Source of the DNA: Eledone cirrhosa
Lineage: Eukaryota
Direction: 5' to 3'
Assembly (NCBI GenBank): GCA_964016885.1
Contig: OZ024740.1
Location: 409,448,001-409,512,000, forward strand
Length of the DNA: 64,000 bases
Numbering within the stretch: the first letter of the stretch is position 1; each line of letters opens with the position of its first letter. Of the stretch, positions 13,720 to 25,735 are shown in pieces. The position numbers and the translations under genes are program-made. The notes under the pieces were generated by a model. That model was not told where the DNA came from, made no database searches, and saw only the letters and a list, made by a program, of their open reading frames with translations.

Positions 13720-13811
13720 CCCCTTGAGAAGATCGGCTATTTAAATACCAGGATAAATGTTCATTTAGTCCAGAATTAGCCGTCGAAACGGCTTGAGCTC
13801 AGCTGTCGGGG
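13720..13811 (+). ncRNA. Type I hammerhead with variant core UUGAGAA
   Basis: CCCC-TTGAGAA-GATCGGCTA...TAGCCGTC-GAAA-CGGC(ttgagctca)GCTG-TC-GGGG. Confidence 0.65.
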
Positions 13812-13904
13812 TCTTACTGGTTCCTATTACCCACTCTACTACCTCAAGTATTGAGTACTTTGGTGCGTTATGGTCCACCTGGTTCCTTACCACATTTCCT
13901 TCGT

Positions 13905-13965
<61 letters not shown>

Positions 13966-14141
13966 AAATATATATATAAATATATATAAATATATATATA
14001 TGTATATATATAAATATATATATAAATATATATATATATAAATATATATAAATATAAATACATATAAATATATATAAATATAAATATATATAAATATAAA
14101 TATATATAAATATAAATATATATAAATATATATAAATATAT

Positions 14142-14192
<51 letters not shown>

Positions 14193-14198
14193 TATATA

Positions 14199-14243
<45 letters not shown>

Positions 14244-14395
14244 TTATATTTATATATATTTATATATATTTATATTTATATATATTTATATTTATATATA
14301 TTTATATATATTTATATTTATATATATTTATATTTATATATATTTATATATATATATTTATATATATATTTATATATATACATATATATATATTT

Positions 14396-14830
14396 ATGAG
14401 AGACGTAAAATAAGAAAATTATGAAAATTAACTTACTTACTAAAATTTCACTCCAACTAATTAGTTTCTGAAAGGGAATAAACATAGTTTCCGAAGAAAC
14501 GTACGGAGAAGCCTTTTCTTTTTTCCATCCACTGAATTATTTTTGTATAAGTTCCCTGTGTACACGTATTGCCTGGAAACTTAGCGGAGAATAGACTTCC
14601 CTGATGACGAAAGGCTTCTCCGTACGTTTCTTCGGAAACTATGTTTATTCCCTTTCAGAAACTAATTAGTTGGAGTGAAATTTTAGTAAGTAAGTTAATT
14701 TTTATAATTTTCTTATTTTACGTCTCTCATATTATTGTTCTACATCCCCATGCATTGAACCACAAAGTTACTAAGACAAAACCTATATATTTGCTGGCAT
14801 AGGTATTCATCTGTATATATATGTTAGTAG
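14396..14830. mobile_element. Fold-back element in (TA)n with a CTGATGA/GAAA motif
   Basis: Inverted arms ~14396-14515 / 14611-14730; TTCC-CTGATGA-C-GAAA at 14597-14612. Confidence 0.6.
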
Positions 14831-15416
14831 ATATACTAATTCTTTATATATATATTTATATATATACATATATATATATATATTTATATATATATATATT
14901 TATATATATATTTATATATATATATATATAAATATATATAAATATTTATTTATATATATATATAAATATATATATATATAAATATATATATATGTATAAA
15001 TATATATATATATATTAAGAGAGAGGGCGTGAGTATAGCTAATTCAGTCAATTACTGGTGGTGGTACCAAAACGACCACTCGGTGCACAGACACAGTGTA
15101 TATATAAGAAAAACGATGAACTTTCATGTACATGGTCTTATTGATTATCAACCTGTTATATACATTTCACAGGAGATTGGCTCAAGTTCACCTAGTGTTT
15201 GTGTCTCTTGTGAAACAGCCTAACCTGTTTTATAAACCAGACTGCATCCTTCTCACACTAATCATTAGAAAATAAATGCATTGCTTTCACCTTACCTTAG
15301 ATTACCCAGGTGCTTAATCCTTGAGTTGACATGGCTCCTGATGTCATTTTGGCAGATTTTCCTCCACCTGTTTTGGTCAGTAGCATATTCCTTAAATTCT
15401 ATTGGTTGTATTCCAG

Positions 15417-15600
15417 GCAGATTGGCAGTATTGGTAGAAGGTCGGACGCCATGCTTTGAAGCATAGAGTTACGGCCCTTTATGACCTGATTTCAAATCCC
15501 GCCGAGGTTAACTTTGCCTTTCATCCTTATGGGGTCGATACAATAAAGTACCAGCAATACACTGGTATAATTACTGGCTTTGTGCCAAAAGTAGAAACAA
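15417..15600 (+). mobile_element. tRNA-derived SINE, short subfamily
   Basis: Similar to 5393-5573. Confidence 0.85.
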
Positions 15601-15659
15601 TTATTCTTCAGTTTATTCTTGTATCTAACATGGGTCTTTCTACGTTTTGCCCTTTCACT

Positions 15660-15960
15660 TGAAGTTGGCTATTAATGGGAATTTTAGGCAGTCTTTCGTC
15701 ATTCATCCTAGCAACATGGCCAGCCCGTCTTAGCTGAGAGTTTATTAAGAAGGCCTTTAAGCTTTGTATATCATATTTATGACATAACTGTTCATTAGAG
15801 ACCTTGTACTTCCATTAGAAACCACAGATATTTCCGCGACATCTCTTGTGGAATGTATCTGGCTGTGTAATATGTTTTCTATATGGTGTCCACAATTCAG
15901 ATCCATACAGTAATGTTGAGATGAGATTTTGGTCTTTAACATCAATCCTCCCTCATTCCA
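15660..15960 (-). pseudogene. Degenerate RTE LINE fragment
   Basis: Minus-strand remnants of LLYG(S)E.W, RWAGHV.RM.DERLPK. Confidence 0.65.
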
Positions 15961-15974
15961 ACACTCTTGCTCGC

Positions 15975-16113
<139 letters not shown>

Positions 16114-16454
16114 TATTATGCTGATTGAGAGAAGAAATAGTGTATATATTTTATCTAATGATTCTATGGACTTACTTTTTATAAATTGCTCTGATTATTA
16201 ATTATTTAATTAATTCTTCATTGAGCCACACCCTGAATGGTTGCCAAAAACATATATACATCTATGGCTTGTCTAGTTTATGTGTATATACCCTTTAAAT
16301 GTTATATATATATATATATATATATATGAATGTATGTATAGTATATTTGGCAATATACCGTATGTTTAATTAAAAACATTTAGAAGACCATACACTATCA
16401 GTTTTAAAGTAGTGACTATGTCACTTACTTCTTTTCGGCGAAAGAAGGGAGAGA

Positions 16455-16496
16455 AGCTGACAGTCTGTTTCACGCTGGTTGGCGTTCATCAGAGCC
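16455..16496 (-). ncRNA. Type I hammerhead, canonical core
   Basis: GGCT-CTGATGA-ACGC(caacca)GCGT-GAAA-CAGACTG-TC-AGCT; GUC cleavage triplet; near-palindromic stem III ACAGACTGT. Confidence 0.8.
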
Positions 16497-16641
16497 ACGT
16501 ACTCCCCTGCTTCTGCCGAAAATTATAGAAGCTGGATTCTTATAGAATTCCAGTAATAATCAGGAGCTGATTATACAGAGCGATTGCTGGTCCAGCAAAA
16601 ATTAGGTATTGGGATTGGTGCTCTGAAATAGCGATGTATAC

Positions 16642-16733
<92 letters not shown>

Positions 16734-16790
16734 ATGTATTTTTGTGTGTGTATGTGTGTGTGTGTTTGTGTGTTTGTGTGTGTGAGTGTT

Positions 16791-16896
<106 letters not shown>

Positions 16897-16912
16897 CATA
16901 AGCATAGATATA

Positions 16913-17303
16913 TATGAGGGGGTTCAATCATTACTAGTTTTGCTCAATGAAGGAATTAATAAAAATCAATTAGTCAGAGCATAATAAAGTTATATGTAGG
17001 AAAGTAAACTTTCGACTTATCCGCTACCAACAATAATTCCGACTGGAATAATTATCACGTGGTTTGCGGTCAACAGAAGAATAGCGGTAGGTGGATAATG
17101 GTAACCAATGGGAGTAGAGAATATCCTAACTTATTGGAATATTCAAAACTCCAGCTACTCAGCGAAACTACAGTCGACAAATTGAATTAAATTGGTAAAT
17201 TTTTCTTGATCTTGTTTACTTTTCCCACATATATTATTATGTTCTGACTAATTGGTTTTTATTAATTCCGTCATTGAGCAAAACTGGTAATGGTTGGACT
17301 CCC

Positions 17304-17308
<5 letters not shown>
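16913..17308. mobile_element. mariner-type MITE
   Basis: ~75-bp imperfect TIRs starting TATGAGGGGG.. / ..CCCCCATA, TA flanks. Confidence 0.7.
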
Positions 17309-17352
<44 letters not shown>

Positions 17353-17454
17353 ACATATATATAAACAATGAGTTATTTGTTTTGTTGATTATTCAACAAA
17401 GTTAATTTATAACAGATTAGAAGCACTCAACTGTTTTCTGGAGTATAATATCAA

Positions 17455-17693
17455 TAATATTAATAAATGGGAAATATCTGAATAAAACCATAGATATTTT
17501 ATTATACATATTTCAAGGGTACCAATATTTTGGTACTCGTCAGATAAAATACAATATTTGGTTTAAAGATAGTGACATATCCTCATATGAACTTAATGTT
17601 ATGAGTTTATTGTGACGAAAGCGTACCAAAATTTGGTACCCCTGAAATATGTATAATAAATAAATATAGTTTTATAAAGATGTTTTCCATTTA

Positions 17694-17702
<9 letters not shown>
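17455..17702. repeat. Long imperfect inverted repeat
   Basis: 17455-17537 vs 17623-17702, including TTATACATATTTCA(A)GGGTACCAA / TTGGTACCCCTGAAATATGTATAA. Confidence 0.65.
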
Positions 17703-17757
<55 letters not shown>

Positions 17758-17760
<3 letters not shown>

Positions 17761-17901
17761 AACCAGTAAGACCCCGACAGCTGAGCTCAAGCCGTTTCGA
17801 CGGCTAATTCTTTACTGGTTCCTAGCACCCACTCTACTACCTCAAGTATTGAGTACTTTGGTGCGTTATGGTCCACCTGGTTCCTTACCACATTTCCTTC
17901 G

Positions 17902-17903
<2 letters not shown>
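17758..17903. mobile_element. Ultra-truncated inverted copy of the 10351-13904 Penelope pLTR end
   Basis: 17758-17810 matches the reverse complement of ~13772-13826; 17812-17903 matches 13814-13905; flanked by (TA)n. Confidence 0.85.
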
Positions 17904-17936
<33 letters not shown>

Positions 17937-17940
<4 letters not shown>

Positions 17941-18114
17941 GATAAAAGGACGATTTGTTATGTTTTCATTACTTAATAAACGTAATGAAGTCATAACAAA
18001 TTGTCCTTTTATCATTATATTTACACTCTGCTTAGTTCTACACCTCTTTAAAGACTGGAAGCTACGCATTGAGTGGTCACTCGGGTGAACCTACAGTAAC
18101 TTCACGTTACATTT

Positions 18115-18117
<3 letters not shown>
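17937..18117. mobile_element. Small fold-back element in (TA)n
   Basis: ATAATGATAAAAGGACGATTTGTTATG / CATAACAAATTGTCCTTTTATCATTAT arms plus a unique tail. Confidence 0.5.
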
Positions 18118-18171
<54 letters not shown>

Positions 18172-18199
18172 TCAGTACCTAACTTATCTCCTGAATGCT

Positions 18200-19730
18200 C
18201 CCCAAGATAAACGATTATGCTGTAAGAAAGTATCTTCCAAATTTTTGATCCTTTTATCTAGCGTCAAAGATATGATAACACTGGAAGAGTTACGACACCA
18301 GATTTTCTAACGTACTTTGGAAAGAGTGAAATCTGTTACAGTCAGTCATATGGATTGGCTTGATGAAAATGATGCCGAGGTCCAGTTGATTGTAGAACTT
18401 ATTCAATATCTCAACTGCAATGATCGCTCAAGCAGATACAGAACTTCCGCGATGAAGGCCTTATCATCTCATGAAGCAAGGACATGAGCCTAAACGTTTG
18501 CCTTTTAAGTTTGGATCTGAAACTTCCAGGATTGACCACTTTTCTGAACTGTTAAATCGTAAATCTGTGGATGATGTAGGAACTGACACCATTAAACCTG
18601 TCGCTATCTCTTTGGGTATTGCATCTTCGGTAGATTGTATAACAACGGCAATAAGTAAAGTGAATCTTGGCAAGGCTCTTGGTAAAGATAGAATCTATCC
18701 TGACGTTTTACACTTTGGTGGCTGTGGTATCACACAGACTCTTCACGATCTATGTAGACTGAAGAGATGCTACTGTTCCCAATGATTGGAAAAATGCAAT
18801 TTTTCTTCTTCTATATAAAGGAAAGGTATCGAAATAAAATGTGACCACCACAGAGGCATAGCTCTAATGTCAGTTGTTGGAAATGTTCTGGCCAGTATTC
18901 TTTTTACCCGCATGAATAGTTCTGTTGATGTTGATGCATTTCCAGAACTTGAGTGTGGCTTCAGTCCTAGCAAAGGAACAATGGACAGAACATAGATATT
19001 GTCTAGGTTTCATTAATCAACAAAAGCCTTCGATACTGTGAATAGGCGATCCTTGTAAAAATACTCTGTAAATCGGTTGTTTTGATCATTTCATTTCATG
19101 ATGCAATTAAAGCATGTGTCAATGTAAGGACCCATTACTGTAGAGAACGATATCAAATAGGGCGATGTCCTTGCCCCCACTTCCAGAATATTGAGCTTCA
19201 TGTCTGATCCCAACGTGGCATCCTGAGGTTAAAAAAAATTGGTGCTTATCGTGCATGTACTGAACATTTGTTTCTCATAGGAACCATAGGCCTTCTACAA
19301 TTATCATGTAAAAATCCTTGAGTGTTTTCTTGAATGTCTGCTGGTCTCAAATTCCAGCCACACAGAGTTTAAGGGAAGCCGATGTCTTGTGTATAGAAAC
19401 AATGGTACACAGCGCTGTTTGCGTTGGACCAGACACTTTGTATGAATGAGTGGTGAGTTAGTATGCAAAAAGCGTCCTCAGATTGCAGTTTAAGGAATGT
19501 ATACAGTTCTCCTTAAAGGCATTTGCGGACAGCTGGGAAAGAAATGCTTTTCGTTACCATTAGTGTAAAAATTGGATAAAAGATGACGCAGATATTGTTT
19601 TAAAAATATATATATCTCTCACACAGAATTTAGCGAGCTCCAAAACAAGCACAATTTGTGAAGTGGATGGGATAATCTTGATCTGCAGTCTTTGGTATCG
19701 TATAACTCTTTCCAATACAAGTCTGATTAG
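18200..19730 (+). pseudogene. Heavily degenerate RTE LINE
   Basis: Remnants DW.DEND, HFSELLN, GKALG.D.I..DV, VP.DWKNA, YK.KG, CD.HRGIALMSVVG..LA, E..CGF, KAFDTVNR. Confidence 0.7.
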
Positions 19731-20175
19731 TCATTGAACTACCCCCACCCAATAATTATATTTTTACTCCTCAAACTACCGAATCACATCTATATTTATA
19801 TATGTACTACAATTTATGGACATGTTATGTTTATCGCATATCGAAGTATTTTATATATATATATATATATATTGGATATATATATATATATATTGGATAT
19901 ATATATATATATATTGGATATATATATATATATATTGGATATATATATATATATATTGGATATATATATATATATATATTGGATATATATATATATATAT
20001 ATATTGGTTGATATTTGATAATAACAGCTAAACTAATCACTACAACTAAATTGACCAAATTTGCCACCCCACTCCAATTAAAAATGCTTCCACCGCCCCG
20101 ACGGCTGAGCTCCGGTCGTTTCGACAGTTAGCTCCGAACTCAGTTCGAAACGGCCGGAGCTCAGCCGTCTACATG

Positions 20176-20420
20176 GTTAAATACAATAAATGTAATGTGA
20201 GATTTTCGAATATTAATAATAACATTCGATTCGTTTGAAATTATGCAAACAAGCCTCAATTTTATAGCCATGTCGGTAGAATATTCACATGCCAACACAG
20301 ACCAAGAATGAAGGGTTCATTCTACTGACATGGCTATAAAATTGAGGCTTGTTTGCATAATTGCAAACGAATCGAATGTTATTATTATTATTCGAAAAAC
20401 TCAGATTACATTTATTTAAC

Positions 20421-20421
<1 letters not shown>
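20176..20421. repeat. Fold-back element
   Basis: ~105-bp inverted arms 20176-20282 / 20318-20421 ending at (TA)n. Confidence 0.7.
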
Positions 20422-20463
<42 letters not shown>

Positions 20464-20465
<2 letters not shown>

Positions 20466-20980
20466 CGAAGGAAATGTGGTAAGGAGCCAGGTGGACCATA
20501 ACGCACCAAAGTACTCAATACTTAGGGTAGTAGAGTGGGTAATAGGAACGAGTAGGACCCCGACGGCTGAGCTCAAGCCGTTTCGACGGCTAATTCTGGA
20601 CTAAATGAAAATTTTTATCCTGGTATATTAATAGCCGAGCTTCTCAGGGGGTAATTCCATATATGGTAAAAGTGATTGTCACAGGGATTGGTCAAAAGTT
20701 TGTTGTTGAGACACATAATTCTATCATGGCAATCTGTGGAAGGAAGGGGTAGCTGAACCTGCCAGTAGAAGAAAGAGGGAGAGGGGGTGGAGGAAACCCA
20801 GTCGTGCGTTGATAGTGCCATCTACAGCAGGGCAGGAGGTCAAGCAAGTATACTAGGGAGGGGGAGGGGGAAGAAGTCGAAACAATAAGTAAAACAATAT
20901 GGGGTAAATATATAGAAGAATACCAAGAATGTTAAAAAAACAATTAAATATAAAAAAAAACAATTTCTGGTTACTATTCC
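20464..20980 (-). mobile_element. Penelope pLTR 3' part (family of 10351-13904) with hammerhead 20558-20651
   Basis: Diverged reverse complement of ~13430-13905; core CTGAGAA; GUC site intact. Confidence 0.8.
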
Positions 20981-21842
20981 CTAACGACAGCCACCAAGTC
21001 TCTCACTGATCATCCACTCTCCACTGATCATCCAGCTCTCCTTACATCCAGACCAGTCAACCGCTCTCTCCACACTTCTGATCGTATCTATCAGTGCCTC
21101 CTCTCTGGCCTCAGTGTAAACGGTACAGAGCTCTTCCCTCATCACCTCCACAGTCTCCATCCTCTCCTCCGTAGGATCAGCATAGAATTGGTCCTTGGCA
21201 GCTTTCATGTGTTCTCTGGCTGCACACACTTTTCGGTCTGCAGAGCTGACGTGCTTCATTTTATTCTTTCTCCTTGGCACCAGGGTCTCACTTGCTTCCG
21301 CCACTGCATTGGTGAAGTGCCCGTACCTCCTCGTCACACTCTCCTCAGTCCATCCAATCTCTCTCTCCTCTGTCTCTCCACACAGGGCACTGAACCTGTT
21401 CCTCACTTCCACTGTGAACCTCTCCTGTAGCTTATCATCTTCCTTGAAAGCTCCCCAGTCATAGATTGCTCTCCGGGGCTGAGCCTTGCTCTTTCTTAAG
21501 CTCACCCGGACCTCACTCATAACAAGCCGGTGGTCACTACCCAGTGTACTGAAATAGTTGTATGGTTCTGTGTTCAGAACACTATTCCGCCACTTTTTCC
21601 TCACCAGAATGAAATCAATCTGGGACTTGGACAGGTGCATATCTGAGATGTAGGCCCACATCTTCCCTGGATTCTTCCTAAACCTTAGGTTGGTCGCTAT
21701 CAAGTTCGCCTCCAGCAGGGTGTCTCTCAGTAGTTTTCCATTTCGGTTGGTGTTGTTATGGAAGTACCAGCAAGGATCTTCACTGCCCTCCTTACTCAGA
21801 TGTGCATTGAAGTCCCCCAAAACAAGCAGGATGTTGTGTGCT

Positions 21843-21845
<3 letters not shown>
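20981..21845 (-). pseudogene. LINE APE endonuclease fragment (RTE/RTE-X-like)
   Basis: LGDFNAH, NRNG.LL, SQIDFIL..KKWRNS, SDHRLV, F.VEVRNRF. Confidence 0.85.
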
Positions 21846-21887
<42 letters not shown>

Positions 21888-22291
21888 AATAAAAAATAAA
21901 AATATATATATATATATATATTTTTTTATTATTTTTTTTTTTTATTTCTACTCCATTTCGATTCTCTTTATTTTTCAATTCACATTCCACCGTTGCGAAA
22001 CTTATTTGGGTTTCGAGGTTCAAATTCGTCTACAGAACAGGTTTGAATTTTGAAATTTAAATATGTCCAGGAATCATGGCCGTTGCCAATATAAGTTTGT
22101 CTTTATTGACTTATATCGAGACAGACAAATTGTATTTACTTTAATTAGTTTATTTCATTAATGGCTAACTTTGTCTGTTGCAATATAAACACATTCCGTG
22201 TTTATCATATATTTTAAATGTAACTGCTCGGAAGAGCCCCTTCCTGGAGCTTAATTATTGTAAACGACTGAGAGTTTATTCTCAAAATATA

Positions 22292-22441
<150 letters not shown>

Positions 22442-22473
22442 TATATATATACATATACATATAAATATACATA

Positions 22474-22544
<71 letters not shown>

Positions 22545-23672
22545 TATAGCTTGAATATTCGTTCTTTATAGAAAAAGAGAAGATTGACCTTATAAATATG
22601 AACATAACTTCATAATAACCAGATTTAGAAAACTATTTGTGCTAGTTATTTTGTAATTGACGTAGTATTTCATGACGAATTTGACATTTGATTATTAATG
22701 CATTGTTTTGGGGTGATGAATAAATTCAGGATGCCATTGCACTTCAAATTATCTCCCTTGTCGCATGTAGCAACATGAATAGAACTAATTTACTCCCGTA
22801 TACGTGTTATGTCTAGCGTTTTTAGTTTTGGAATACTACATACGTCCTCTTCACTTTCAATTACGGCCCACTAACTCTCAACATGTGTAAACACATCTTT
22901 ACACAGTATGAATAAAATTTATTACTTATAGCAATTCTCTCACTTATCAGTCTCTACACGGTTCCAACTAAGTACATTGAAAGAGATTTCGAATGTAAAT
23001 GTTCATTTTCCATTCAATATTAGTGTTATAAACGTACGCATTTTTTCTTAACGGTAGATTTCAGTGATTTCCTAGTCCAACTCTGGGATTTCCAAGTTTG
23101 TGTTTAAGACTTTTTCTTAGAAAGAAGTTGAAGTCATTTTCATGGACGAAAAGTTAAAGTTTTATGATTTATTCATACAAATAATACACGGGTGTAATCT
23201 ATTATTCATGACAAACGATACACTGTTCTGCTACTATTAAATAATTGTTCAAATTATTGGTAAAGACGTAGTGTGACGGCCATAATTTTGCAGAAAAGAA
23301 ATTGTATTTCGTGTATTTGATGTTAATCGGGCGCTTTTTCGTTTCAAGGACCTCCTGTAATTGAAATTGAATTCGGTGAGCGAGGAACTAACTTTCTATC
23401 GCTCTTTTATTTCTTGTTTGCAGTTTTATAGTCTAGTGATAACATTTCTATGTTCTTCTCTCCCTGTCTTCTCCCATTTGACATGAAACATATTCTACAG
23501 TTTGGACTCTTTTGTTTAACTTTTTTCCGCTGTAGAACATCACTAGTTTCCTTGAATTTCGTTATAGAATTGTGGTCTATATATTAACCACCGTGGTATG
23601 ATGTCAGCTTAAAAACTATATGAGAAGCTGATATCATTTCTAATTTGTCGTTATACCAAAAAGTCCGTCTAT

Positions 23673-23940
23673 GTTGTTGTTGTTATTGTTATCGTTGTTG
23701 TTGTTGTTGTCGTTGATATTGTTGTTGCTGTTGATGTTGTTGTTATTGATGTTTAGCCCCAAGTCAAACTTTATCGCCGAATTTCATCATCAATGGCAAG
23801 CCAGGTTGTGAATGTTGTATCTTTTAAGGCTATCTGAGATTAATGTGTCCTTTCTCTGTTTTAAGAAAGTGTGTGTATGGGGATTTGAAGACATTGCCTC
23901 CACTTTTAGCAAGTCTAGCAGGGACCATACCAACGCTCCC
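23673..23940 (-). mobile_element. Second SINE-like family with (AAC)n tail, degenerate
   Basis: (GTT)n + TTTAGCCCCA... on +; related degenerate segments at ~59255-59410, ~60270-60460 and ~63550-63710. Confidence 0.5.
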
Positions 23941-24266
23941 TTGTTGAGTACAGTTTTATTTTAACATATGGTGGACAGCCGAATAGGTAGTACATCGTGA
24001 CAAAATCTCTTATGACATCTAGATATGGTCCGTTGCTTTCTACATTCAAACCCTACATGCACTGGCCCTCCCTTTCACCTTCTTCCACATCGGATCAAAG
24101 AAAAAAAGAATTACTAGTAAAGTGCTGTGTAGATTATAACCCTCTACCAACTAATGTGTGACTATCACAGCTAAAAATCAATATTACATAGTTCTATTTA
24201 TAAATGAATCGAAGGAAATATCGAGTTTGTTTATCAGCAAGTGAATCAGGTAGTTATTGCTGTCAT

Positions 24267-24487
24267 CCCTTTAGCATTTAAACCGGTCATATTCGGCCAG
24301 AATTTTCGCACCTCTTTCTGTTCAAACTGGTTGTAACTGGCCACTCATACTGATGTTAAGGTATTGTCCTCAAAATAAATGATATCAAAATCTCATAGAT
24401 TCGATATTATGTGAGATAATTATGTGAGGTAAAGTTTTTACCATGAAAATACAATAGTAAATATAGAGTAATGTGAATGCTAAAGGG
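24267..24487. mobile_element. piggyBac-type MITE (copy 2)
   Basis: CCCTTTAGCATT...AATGCTAAAGGG-TTAA. Confidence 0.85.
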
Positions 24488-24654
24488 TTAACATAAGGTC
24501 TGTACTGATTGAAATGATTAACAATCAAAGCCGTGAATATTTCATCATTTTTCCAAAAATATATTATCCAACATGTCCTTATATAGTATGAGGTCAGTCA
24601 GGTGTTTAAACTGGTCGAAATATAACATTTGCTGTAATTGATTATTAAATTCGT

Positions 24655-25000
24655 CACATACATACATGCATATATACATACATACATATATACATACATA
24701 CATATATATGCATACATACATACATATATGCATACATGCATACATATATGCATACATGCATACATACATACATGCATGCATGCATACATACATACACACA
24801 TTCATGCATACATACATATATGCATACATACATACATACATATATGCATACATACATACATATATACATACATATATGCATACATACACACAAACATACA
24901 TATGTAGGTTCATACATACATACATACATACATACACACATACATACATACATACATACATACATACATACATACATACATACATACATACATACATTCA
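24655..25000. repeat. (TACA)n-type microsatellite
   Basis: Direct inspection. Confidence 0.95.
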
Positions 25001-25372
25001 TAAGTAAGTATAATTTACAATGTGTATGTATATATATATATATAGATACATGCATACATATATATGGGATGGCATGTGAGTATGTAGCTATGTTTGCGTG
25101 TCTGAATATGCAGTTATACATTCTAAAATATTCAATAAGATAACTATTAACATTGTGGCTGTTTATGAAAGCGGTAGGGTGTGGTTTGACTGAGGCAATT
25201 AAACTTGTATCGTGATGGTAACATGAAGGCCGGGTCAATGTAGAAGGACAGGTAGAAATGTAACATTTGCTGTATTAGATCGTTAAATCAATCCCATACA
25301 TACATGCATACATACATACATGATGATGATGGCTGCCCCCTCGTTATCGAGTATGGCCATTGCACGAGAAAA

Positions 25373-25413
<41 letters not shown>

Positions 25414-25735
25414 ATACAAACACACATACATATACATACACATATATTAATAATAATAATAATGATTTCATTTATTGGCCACAAGGGCCGACATATAGGG
25501 GACAATACAAAAGACTGGGACAGTGGGGTTTTACAGAAAAATCGAGTAAACAATATGAATAAACAAAGTAACAATAACAAAGTAACAATGAAGTAACAAG
25601 AAAATTACAAGAAAAAATTCCCCAATAGGGGGGAAGACCACCTAGGATTCGCTCAGGTACCCCACCAGTCTTGAACGACCCGACGCTTCGAGAGCACCCT
25701 GGCAGGGCACCCCTCTCCTCTTCAAATTTACCTAC

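Larger units (their letters stand above)
10351..13904 (+). mobile_element. Young Penelope-like retroelement (Naiad-like), 5'-truncated, with inverted pLTRs
   Basis: pLTR 10351-11345 is the reverse complement of 12842-13840 (I see about two substitutions plus one 4-bp repeat unit); internal RT+GIY-YIG ORF; both ends lie in (TA)n. Confidence 0.92.
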
